64,000 nucleotides of DNA from Phyllobates terribilis. Taxonomy: Eukaryota. The notes below the pieces were generated by a model. That model did not search any database. It was not told where the DNA came from and saw only the letters and a list, made by a program, of their open reading frames with translations. The DNA lies in NCBI RefSeq assembly GCF_046119375.1, contig NW_027362765.1:271064001-271128000 (forward strand), in the 5' to 3' direction. Shown here piece by piece: positions 50,861 through 64,000 of the stretch; the first letter of the stretch is position 1; each line of letters begins with the position of its first letter. The position numbers and the translations under genes were made by a program.

Positions 50861-51111
50861 CTATGCCATTCATAGCAGTCTACATGCGGCGACTGGAGGA
50901 ATTTTAGAACCAGGCGAGTGGGCCGTGCTTTGTTGCTCTCATAACTTCATTCACTAGCATGGAAGGTAGTCAGCCATGCCTGGTCCATTATGTTGTTGAA
51001 TTTTTCCTGAGGCTGAGGTCTGACAAGCGTATGTTACATTGCCTGTTATTAATCCAGGAAACAAAGGACATTTTATCATCCGTATTTCACATCGGGCGGC
51101 TGCACCCCTTA

Positions 51112-51315
51112 GGCCATGTTCACACGTTCAGTATTTGGTCAGTATTTTTCCATCAGTATCTGTAAGCCAGAACCAGGCGTGGGTGATAAATACAGAAGTG
51201 GTGACGTGTTTCTATTATACTTTTCCTCAGTTCCACTCCTGACTTTGGCTTACACATACTGAGGTAAAATACTGACCAAATACTGAGGTAAAATACTGAA
51301 CTTGTGTACGTGGCC
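51112..51315. mobile_element. Harbinger-like MITE related to 2233-2425
   Basis: TTA|GGCCATGTTCACACGTTCAGTATT ... AATACTGAACTTGTGTACGTGGCC|TTA. Confidence 0.7.
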
Positions 51316-51811
51316 TTAGCCATCATGTTGTAGCCTTATGGCCTCACAGCCATTTACTGAAGGTTCGCACAATGCTTTGTTACAGTGAGGTATCCTATGT
51401 TATCCTCTGTCTAAGCTGTATATTGATAATCACAACGTTTTATTTTCGTCATTTATTACCAGTGTAGTATTACAGTAATGTCCTAGGAGATATGACATCT
51501 AGTCCCCTCAGTTCTACAACTATTTCTAACAAGTCTCCATAGAACATTCGGCTATTTCCGTCTCTATTCATTTCTAGGGTCCACGTTTCGTCTGTTTCCG
51601 GCAGCATTCGTGCTGGCACTCGGCTATTTTCGTTTCCTTATACCTCTACTTGAACCCCGTCTCGTTTGTTTCCGGCAGCATTCGGCCTGACGTTCGGCTA
51701 TTTCCGTGAACACTCGGATGTGTCAGTTCTCATCACTTCGGCTCCTCCAGGCTTCCCAGCTCCCGGTATCTCCGGTGTTTTGTCTTCAGCTGCTTCACAT
51801 TCGCCCGGGAG

Positions 51812-51846
51812 ATGCAGGCCATCAAATGCGTGGTAGTGGGAGATGG
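51812..51846 (+). CDS. RAC3: RAC small GTPase coding exon 1 (MQAIKCVVVGD-G), RAC3 by synteny
   Basis: 35-nt exon ATG..GATGG|GTGAGT, the standard RAC exon 1; RAC3 follows LRRC45 in other vertebrates; the peptide alone does not separate RAC1/2/3. Confidence 0.8.
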
Positions 51847-52150
51847 GTGAGTGGTTACAGAGCAGCTGTGCTGTGACCCGCCGGGTGTATAGTGATGCAG
51901 AGGCGGAGCCCGGGGTTAATTCTCCTGTATCATCCGGGCTGCACCCATAGTCCCACACCATCTACTGTATGTGCAGCCTATGTGTCCGTCCATTCTGTGC
52001 TGCAGGTAGAGCATCCCCTCATCTACACACAGCACATGTACAGCACACCCTGTATACAGCCATACCGTATATACAGCCATTACATCACTACATATCTGCA
52101 CCCAAGACCACATCGACGTGTACCTGCCGGCAGCGTATGTCACACATCTG

Positions 52151-55100
52151 CACACAGGTACACACATCTATACCAGCAGTACGCAAAACACACATCTATA
52201 CCAGCAGTATGCCATACACACATCTATACCAGCAGTATGCCATACACACATCTATACCAGCAGTACGCAAAACACACATCTATACCAGCAGTATGCCATA
52301 CACGCACGGGTACACACATCTATACCAGCAGTACGCAAAACACACATCTATACCAGCAGTATGCCATACACGCACGGGTACACACATCTATACCAGCAGT
52401 ATGCCATACACACACTGTTACACACATCTATACCAGCAGTATGCCATACACACATCTATACCAGCAGTATGCCATACACACATCTATACCAGCAGTATGC
52501 CATACACACATCTATACCAGCAGTATGCCATACACACACTGTTACACACATCTATACCAGCAGTATGCCATACACACATCTATACCAGCAGTATGCCATA
52601 CACACACTGGTACACACATCTATACCAGCAGTATGCCATACACACACGGCTACACACATCTATACCAGCAGTATGACATACACACACGGGTACACACATC
52701 TATACCAGCAGTACGCAAAACACACATCTATACCAGCAGTATGCCATACACACATCTATACCAGCAGTATGCCATACACACATCTATACCAGCAGTATGC
52801 CATACACACATCTATACCAGCAGTATGCCATACACACACTGTTACACACATCTATACCAGCAGTATGCCATACACACATCTATACCAGCAGTATGCCATA
52901 CACACACTGGTACACACATCTATACCAGCAGTATGCCATACACACACGGCTACACACATCTATACCAGCAGTATGACATACACACACGGGTACACACATC
53001 TATACCAGCAGTACGCAAAACACACATCTATACCAGCAGTATGCCATACACACATCTATACCAGCAGTATGCCATACACACATCTATACCAGCAGTATGC
53101 CATACACACATCTATACCAGCAGTATGCCATACACACATCTATACCAGCAGTATGCCATACACACACGGCTACACACATCTATACCAGCAGTATGCCATA
53201 CACACACGGCTACACACATCTATACCAGCAGTATGCCATACACACACGGCTACACACATCTATACCAGCAGTATGCCATACACACACGGCTACACACATC
53301 TATACCAGCAGTATGCCATACACACACGGCTACACACATCTATACCAGCAGTATGCCATACACACACGGCTACACACATCTATACCAGCAGTATGCCATA
53401 CACACACGGCTACACACATCTATACCAGCAGTATGCCATACACACACGGCTACACACATCTATACCAGCAGTATGCCATACACACTGGTACACACATCTA
53501 TACCAGCAGTATGCCATACACACACTGGTAAACGCATCTATACCAGCAGTATGCCATACACACACTGGTACACGCATCTATACCAGCAGTATGCCATACA
53601 CACACGGGTACACGCATCTATACCAGCAGTATGCCATATACACACGGGTACACGCATCTATACCAGCAGTATGCCATACACACACTGGTACACACATCTA
53701 TACCAGCAGTATGCCATACACACGGGTACACACATCTATACCAGCAGTATGCCATACACACACGGGTACACACATCTATACCAGCAGTATGCCATACACA
53801 CACGGGTACACGCATCTATACCAGCAGTATGCCATACACACACGGGTACACGCATCTATACCAGCAGTATGCCATATACACACGGGTACACACATCTATA
53901 CCAGCAGTATGCCATACACACTTGTACACACATCTATACCAGCAGTATGCTATACACACACTGGTACACACATCTATACCAGCAGTATGCCATACACAAG
54001 GGTACACACATCTATACCAGCAGTATGCCATACACACACGGGTACACACATCTATACCAGCAGTATGCCATACACACTTGTACACACATCTATACCAGCA
54101 GTATGCTATACACACACAGGTACACACATCTATACCAGCAGTACGCAAAACACACATCTATACCAGCAGTATGCCATACACGCACGGGTACACACATCTA
54201 TACCAGCAGTATGCCATACACACACTGTTACACACATCTATACCAGCAGTATGCCATACACACATCTATACCAGCAGTATGCCATACACACATCTATACC
54301 AGCAGTATGCCATACACACATCTATACCAGCAGTATGCCATACACACACTGTTACACACATCTATACCAGCAGTATGCCATACACACATCTATACCAGCA
54401 GTATGCCATACACACACTGGTACACACATCTATACCAGCAGTATGCCATACACACACGGCTACACACATCTATACCAGCAGTATGACATACACACACGGG
54501 TACACACATCTATACCAGCAGTACGCAAAACACACATCTATACCAGCAGTATGCCATACACACATCTATACCAGCAGTATGCCATACACACATCTATACC
54601 AGCAGTATGCCATACACACATCTATACCAGCAGTATGCCATACACACACTGGTACACACATCTATACCAGCAGTATGCCATACACACACGGCTACACACA
54701 TCTATACCAGCAGTATGCCATACACACACGGCTACACACATCTATACCAGCAGTATGCCATACACACACGGGTACACACATCTATACCAGCAGTATGCCA
54801 TACACACACGGCTACACACATCTATACCAGCAGTATGCCATACACACACGGCTACACACATCTATACCAGCAGTATGCCATACACACACGGCTACACACA
54901 TCTATACCAGCAGTATGCCATACACACACGGCTACACACATCTATACCAGCAGTATGCCATACACACTGGTACACACATCTATACCAGCAGTATGCCATA
55001 CACACACTGGTAAACGCATCTATACCAGCAGTATGCCATACACACACTGGTACACGCATCTATACCAGCAGTATGCCATACACACACGGGTACACACATC

Positions 55101-58100
55101 TATACCAGCAGTATGCCATATACACACGGGTACACGCATCTATACCAGCAGTATGCCATACACACACTGGTACACACATCTATACCAGCAGTATGCCATA
55201 CACACGGGTACACACATCTATACCAGCAGTATGCCATACACACATCTATACCAGCAGTATGCCATACACACATCTATACCAGCATTATGCCATACACACA
55301 TCTATACCAGCAGTATGCCATACACACACTGTTACACACATCTATACCAGCAGTATGCCATACACACATCTATACCAGCAGTATGCCATACACACACTGG
55401 TACACACATCTATACCAGCAGTATGCCATACACACACGGCTACACACATCTATACCAGCAGTATGACATACACACACGGGTACACACATCTATACCAGCA
55501 GTACGCAAAACACACATCTATACCAGCAGTATGCCATACACACATCTATACCAGCAGTATGCCATACACACATCTATACCAGCAGTATGCCATACACACA
55601 TCTATACCAGCAGTATGCCATACACACATCTATACCAGCAGTATGCCATACACACACGGCTACACACATCTATACCAGCAGTATGCCATACACACACGGC
55701 TACACACATCTATACCAGCAGTATGCCATACACACACGGCTACACACATCTATACCAGCAGTATGCCATACACACACGGCTACACACATCTATACCAGCA
55801 GTATGCCATACACACACGGCTACACACATCTATACCAGCAGTATGCCATACACACACGGCTACACACATCTATACCAGCAGTATGCCATACACACACGGC
55901 TACACACATCTATACCAGCAGTATGCCATACACACACGGCTACACACATCTATACCAGCAGTATGCCATACACACTGGTACACACATCTATACCAGCAGT
56001 ATGCCATACACACACTGGTAAACGCATCTATACCAGCAGTATGCCATACACACACTGGTACACGCATCTATACCAGCAGTATGCCATACACACACGGGTA
56101 CACGCATCTATACCAGCAGTATGCCATATACACACGGGTACACGCATCTATACCAGCAGTATGCCATACACACACTGGTACACACATCTATACCAGCAGT
56201 ATGCCATACACACGGGTACACACATCTATACCAGCAGTATGCCATACACACACGGGTACACACATCTATACCAGCAGTATGCCATACACACACGGGTACA
56301 CGCATCTATACCAGCAGTATGCCATACACACACGGGTACACGCATCTATACCAGCAGTATGCCATATACACACGGGTACACACATCTATACCAGCAGTAT
56401 GCCATACACACTTGTACACACATCTATACCAGCAGTATGCTATACACACACTGGTACACACATCTATACCAGCAGTATGCCATACACAAGGGTACACACA
56501 TCTATACCAGCAGTATGCCATACACACACGGGTACACACATCTATACCAGCAGTATGCCATACACACTTGTACACACATCTATACCAGCAGTATGCTATA
56601 CACACACAGGTACACACATCTATACCAGCAGTACGCAAAACACACATCTATACCAGCAGTATGCCATACACGCACGGGTACACACATCTATACCAGCAGT
56701 ATGCCATACACACACTGTTACACACATCTATACCAGCAGTATGCCATACACACATCTATACCAGCAGTATGCCATACACACATCTATACCAGCAGTATGC
56801 CATACACACATCTATACCAGCAGTATGCCATACACACACTGTTACACACATCTATACCAGCAGTATGCCATACACACATCTATACCAGCAGTATGCCATA
56901 CACACACTGGTACACACATCTATACCAGCAGTATGCCATACACACACGGCTACACACATCTATACCAGCAGTATGACATACACACACGGGTACACACATC
57001 TATACCAGCAGTACGCAAAACACACATCTATACCAGCAGTATGCCATACACACATCTATACCAGCAGTATGCCATACACACATCTATACCAGCAGTATGC
57101 CATACACACATCTATACCAGCAGTATGCCATACACACACTGGTACACACATCTATACCAGCAGTATGCCATACACACACGGCTACACACATCTATACCAG
57201 CAGTATGCCATACACACACGGCTACACACATCTATACCAGCAGTATGCCATACACACACGGGTACACACATCTATACCAGCAGTATGCCATACACACACG
57301 GCTACACACATCTATACCAGCAGTATGCCATACACACACGGCTACACACATCTATACCAGCAGTATGCCATACACACACGGCTACACACATCTATACCAG
57401 CAGTATGCCATACACACACGGCTACACACATCTATACCAGCAGTATGCCATACACACTGGTACACACATCTATACCAGCAGTATGCCATACACACACTGG
57501 TAAACGCATCTATACCAGCAGTATGCCATACACACACTGGTACACGCATCTATACCAGCAGTATGCCATACACACACGGGTACACACATCTATACCAGCA
57601 GTATGCCATATACACACGGGTACACGCATCTATACCAGCAGTATGCCATACACACACTGGTACACACATCTATACCAGCAGTATGCCATACACACGGGTA
57701 CACACATCTATACCAGCAGTATGCCATACACACACGGGTACACACATCTATACCAGCAGTATGCCATACACACACGGGTACACGCATCTATACCAGCAGT
57801 ATGCCATACACACACGGGTACACGCATCTATACCAGCAGTATGCCATATACACACGGGTACACACATCTATACCAGCAGTATGCCATACACACTTGTACA
57901 CACATCTATACCAGCAGTATGCTATACACACACTGGTACACACATCTATACCAGCAGTATGCCATACACAAGGGTACACACATCTATACCAGCAGTATGC
58001 CATACACACACGGGTACACACATCTATACCAGCAGTATGCCATACACACTTGTACACACATCTATACCAGCAGTATGCTATACACACACAGGTACACACA

Positions 58101-61100
58101 TCTATACCAGCAGTACGCAAAACACACATCTATACCAGCAGTATGCCATACACACATCTATACCAGCAGTATGCCATACACACACTGGTACACACATCTA
58201 TACCAGCAGTATGCCATACACACACTGGTACACACCTCTATACCAGCAGTATGCCATACACACATCTATACCAGCAGTATGCCATACACACACTGGTACA
58301 CACATCTATACCAGCAGTATGCCATACACACACGGCTACACACATCTATACCAGCAGTATGCCATACACACACGGCTACACACATCTATACCAGCAGTAT
58401 GCCATACACACACGGGTACACACATCTATACCAGCAGTATGCCATACACACACGGCTACACACATCTATACCAGCAGTATGCCATACACACACGGCTACA
58501 CACATCTATACCAGCAGTATGCCATACACACACGGCTACACACATCTATACCAGCAGTATGCCATACACGCACGGGTACACACATCTATACCAGCAGTAT
58601 GCCATACACACACTGTTACACACCTCTATACCAGCAGTATGCCATACACACATCTATACCAGCAGTATGCCATACACACATCTATACCAGCAGTATGCCA
58701 TACACACACTGGTACACACATCTATACCAGCAGTATGCCATACACACACGGCTACACACATCTATACCAGCAGTATGACATACACACACGGGTACACACA
58801 TCTATACCAGCAGTACGCAAAACACACATCTATACCAGCAGTATGCCATACACACATCTATACCAGCAGTATGCCATACACACATCTATACCAGCAGTAT
58901 GCCATACACACATCTATACCAGCAGTATGCCATACACACACTGGTACACACATCTATACCAGCAGTATGCCATACACACACGGCTACACACATCTATACC
59001 AGCAGTATGCCATACACACACGGCTACACTCATCTATACCAGCAGTATGCCATACACACACGGGTACACACATCTATACCAGCAGTATGCCATACACACA
59101 CGGCTACACACATCTATACCAGCAGTATGCCATACACACACGGCTACACACATCTATACCAGCAGTATGCCATACACACACGGCTACACACATCTATACC
59201 AGCAGTATGCCATACACACTGGTACACACATCTATACCAGCAGTATGCCATACACACACTGGTAAACGCATCTATACCAGCAGTATGCCATACACACACG
59301 AGTACACACATCTATACCAGCAGTATGCCATACACACACGGCTACACACATCTATACCAGCAGTATGCCATACACACACTGGTACACACATCTATACCAG
59401 CAGTATGCCATACACACACTGGTACACGCATCTATACCAGCAGTATGCCATACACACACGGGTACACACATCTATACCAGCAGTATGCCATATACACACG
59501 GGTACACGCATCTATACCAGCAGTATGCCATACACACACTGGTACACACATCTATACCAGCAGTATGCCATACACACGGGTACACACATCTATACCAGCA
59601 GTATGCCATACACACACGGGTACACACATCTATACCAGCAGTATGCCATACACACACGGGTACACGCATCTATACCAGCAGTATGCCATACACACACGGG
59701 TACACGCATCTATACCAGCAGTATGCCATATACACACGGGTACACACATCTATACCAGCAGTATGCCATACACACTTGTACACACATCTATACCAGCAGT
59801 ATGCTATACACACACTGGTACACACATCTATACCAGCAGTATGCCATACACAAGGGTACACACATCTATACCAGCAGTATGCCATACACACACGGGTACA
59901 CACATCTATACCAGCAGTATGCCATACACACTTGTACACACATCTATACCAGCAGTATGCTATACACACACAGGTACACACATCTATACCAGCAGTACGC
60001 AAAACACACATCTATACCAGCAGTATGCCATACACACATCTATACCAGCAGTATGCCATACACACACTGGTACACACATCTATACCAGCAGTATGCCATA
60101 CACACACTGGTACACACCTCTATACCAGCAGTATGCCATACACACATCTATACCAGCAGTATGCCATACACACACTGGTACACACATCTATACCAGCAGT
60201 ATGCCATACACACACGGCTACACACATCTATACCAGCAGTATGCCATACACACACGGCTACACACATCTATACCAGCAGTATGCCATACACACACGGGTA
60301 CACACATCTATACCAGCAGTATGCCATACACACACGGCTACACACATCTATACCAGCAGTATGCCATACACACACGGCTACACACATCTATACCAGCAGT
60401 ATGCCATACACACACGGCTACACACATCTATACCAGCAGTATGCCATACACACTGGTACACACATCTATACCAGCAGTATGCCATACACACACTGGTAAA
60501 CGCATCTATACCAGCAGTATGCCATACACACACGAGTACACACATCTATACCAGCAGTATGCCATACACACACTGGTACACGCATCTATACCAGCAGTAT
60601 GCCATACACACACGGGTACACACATCTATACCAGCAGTATGCCATATACACACGGGTACACGCATCTATACCAGCAGTATGCCATACACACACTGGTACA
60701 CACATCTATACCAGCAGTATGCCATACACACGGGTACACACATCTATACCAGCAGTATGCCATACACACACGGGTACACACATCTATACCAGCAGTATGC
60801 CATACACACACGGGTACACGCATCTATACCAGCAGTATGCCATACACACACGGGTACACGCATCTATACCAGCAGTATGCCATATACACACGGGTACACA
60901 CATCTATACCAGCAGTATGCCATACACACTTGTACACACATCTATACCAGCAGTATGCTATACACACACTGGTACACACATCTATACCAGCAGTATGCCA
61001 TACACAAGGGTACACACATCTATACCAGCAGTATGCCATACACACACGGGTACACACATCTATACCAGCAGTATGCCATACACACTTGTACACACATCTA

Positions 61101-63713
61101 TACCAGCAGTATGCTATACACACACAGGTACACACATCTATACCAGCAGTACGCAAAACACACATCTATACCAGCAGTATGCCATACACACATCTATACC
61201 AGCAGTATGCCATACACACACTGGTACACACATCTATACCAGCAGTATGCCATACACACACTGGTACACACCTCTATACCAGCAGTATGCCATACACACA
61301 TCTATACCAGCAGTATGCCATACACACATCTATACCAGCAGTATGCCATACACACACTGGTACACACCTCTATACCAGCAGTATGCCATACACACACTGG
61401 TACACACCTCTATACCAGCAGTATGACATACACACACGGGTACACACATCTATACCAGCAGTATGCCATACACACACGGGTACACACATCTATACCAGCA
61501 GTATGCCATACACACACGGGTACACACATCTATACCAGCAGTATGCCATACACACACGGCTACACACATCTATACCAGCAGTATGCCATACACACACGGC
61601 TACACACATCTATACCAGCAGTATGCCATACACACACGGGTACACACATCTATACCAGCAGTATGCCATACACACTGGTACACACATCTATACCAGCAGT
61701 ATGCCATACACACACTGGTAAACGCATCTATACCAGCAGTATGCCATACACACACGAGTACACACATCTATACCAGCAGTATGCCATACACACACTGGTA
61801 CACGCATCTATACCAGCAGTATGCCATATACACACGGGTACACGCATCTATACCAGCAGTATGCCATACACACACTGGTACACACATCTATACCAGCAGT
61901 ATGCCATACACACGGGTACACACATCTATACCAGCAGTATGCCATACACACACGGGTACACACATCTATACCAGCAGTATGCCATACACACACGGGTACA
62001 CGCATCTATACCAGCAGTATGCCATACACACACGGGTACACGCATCTATACCAGCAGTATGCCATATACACACGGGTACACACATCTATACCAGCAGTAT
62101 GCCATACACACTTGTACACACATCTATACCAGCAGTATGCTATACACACACTGGTACACACATCTATACCAGCAGTATGCCATACACAAGGGTACACACA
62201 TCTATACCAGCAGTATGCCATACACACACGGGTACACATCTATACCAGCAGTATGCCATACACACTTGTACACACATCTATACCAGCAGTATGCTATACA
62301 CACACTGGTACACACATCTATACCAGCAGTATGCCATACACAAGGGTACACACATCTATACCAGCAGTATGCCATACACACACTGGTACACACATCTATA
62401 CCAGCAGTATGCCATACACACACGGGTACACACATCTATACCAGCAGTATGCCATACACACACGGGTACACACATCTATACCAGCAGTATGCCATACACA
62501 CTGGTACACACATCTATACCAGCAGTATGCCATACACACACGGGTACACACATCTATACCAGCAGTATGCCATACACACACGGGTACACACATCTATACC
62601 AGCAGTATGCCATACACACACTGGTACACACATCTATACCAGCAGTATGCCATACACACACTGGTACACACATCTATACCAGCAGTATGCCATACACACA
62701 CTGGTACACACATCTATACCAGCAGTATGCCATACACACACTGGTACACACATCTATACCAGCAGTATGCCATACACACACTGGTACACACATCTATACC
62801 AGCAGTATGCTATACGCACTCGGCTACACACATCTATACCAGCAGTATGCCATACACACACGGGTACACACATCTATACCAGCAGTATGCCATACACACA
62901 CTGGTACACACATCTATACCAGCAGTATGCCATACACACACTGGTACGCACATCTATACCAGCAGTATGCCATACACACACTGGTACACACATCTATACC
63001 AGCAGTATGCCATACGCACTCGGCTACACACATCTATACCAGCAGTATGCCATACGCACACGGGTACACACATCTATACCAGCAGTATGCCATACACACA
63101 CGGGTACACACATCTATACCAGCAGTATGCCATACACACACGGGTACACACATCTATACCAGCAGTATGCCATACACACACTGGTACACACATCTATACC
63201 AGCAGTATGCCATACACACACTGGTACACACATCTATACCAGCAGTATGCCATACACACACGGGTACACACATCTATACCAGCAGTATGCCATACACACA
63301 CGGGTACACACATCTATACCAGCAGTATGCCATACACACACGGGTACACACATCTATACCAGCAGTATGCCATACACACACGGGTACACACATCTATACC
63401 AGCAGTATGCCATACACACACGGGTACACACATCTATACCAGCAGTATGCCATACACACATCTATACCAGCAGTATGCCATACACACACTGGTACACACA
63501 TCTATACCAGCAGTATGCCATACACACACGGGTACACACATCTATACCAGCAGTATGCCATACACACACGGGTACACACATCTATACCAGCAGTATGCCA
63601 TACACACATCTATACCAGCAGTATGCCATACACACACTGGTACACACATCTATACCAGCAGTATGCCATACACACACTGGTACACACATCTATACCAGCA
63701 GTATGCCATACAC
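52151..63713. repeat. 11.6-kb variant-unit minisatellite in RAC3 intron 1
   Basis: Invariant 28-bp core CACACATCTATACCAGCAGTATGCCATA, alone or plus a 10-12-bp module (CACACACGGGTA, CACACACGGCTA, CACACACTGGTA, CACACTGGTA etc.); roughly 300 units. Confidence 0.98.
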
Positions 63714-64000
63714 ATATTACACATTTAAACACTGGTAAATACATCTCTCTGCCAGCAGCACACCTTATAATGTGTTTCTATTACACATCTACAGACTTGT
63801 GCATACATATATACACTGGTACATATATCTAGCTTACAGTAGTGTGGAGTATAATTTGTATATAATACACATGGGTACATACATCTACCTGCCAGCAGTA
63901 TACCGTACAATCTGAATATATTAGATATTGGTACATACATCTTCCTGCCAGCAATATTCTATAGAAGATGCCTATATAGTTTCTATACTGACATGACTGA

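Noticed and set aside
51812-51846. Calling the exon RAC1 or RAC2
   Set aside because: The peptide is shared by all three; the position directly after LRRC45 favours RAC3, but exon 2 onward is outside the window
52151-63713. CRISPR-like look: constant 28-bp repeat with short variable inserts
   Set aside because: The inserts are 0-12 bp, drawn from a handful of related variants and reused many times; the context is a vertebrate intron with no cas genes
51892-63832. Very long ORFs (up to 2793 aa) as protein-coding genes
   Set aside because: They are translations of the tandem array in every frame, lie in RAC3 intron 1, and have no splice or domain support; kept only as a low-ranked finding

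Overview
Vertebrate genomic DNA, most likely anuran, judged from gene synteny and repeat families. Three host genes are present. CENPX lies on the - strand; coding exons 1-2 are seen, intron 1 has a GC donor, and later exons are probably left of the window. LRRC45 is head-to-head with it on the + strand, with 17 coding exons (11386-49029) that splice to 2022 nt / 673 aa. The 35-nt first coding exon of a RAC GTPase (RAC3 by synteny) is at 51812. Introns are packed with mobile DNA: one apparently intact DD34E Tc1 plus four defective copies, a 2-kb solo LTR, twin non-autonomous Helitrons, a decayed DIRS1, CR1 and Rex1-type LINE fragments, a tRNA-SINE, many MITEs and at least seven minisatellites. 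Three things stand out. (1) A set of Penelope-like insertions with long target-site duplications, inverted arms and hammerhead-ribozyme motifs; the best is a ~500-bp hairpin with a hammerhead in its loop in the inferred LRRC45 5'-UTR intron. (2) A 505-codon in-frame fusion of a Tc1 transposase C-terminus to a complete LINE AP-endonuclease. (3) An 11.6-kb higher-order minisatellite in RAC3 intron 1 whose + strand is almost free of stop codons. All coordinates were read by eye; family assignments come from recalled motifs, not database searches.
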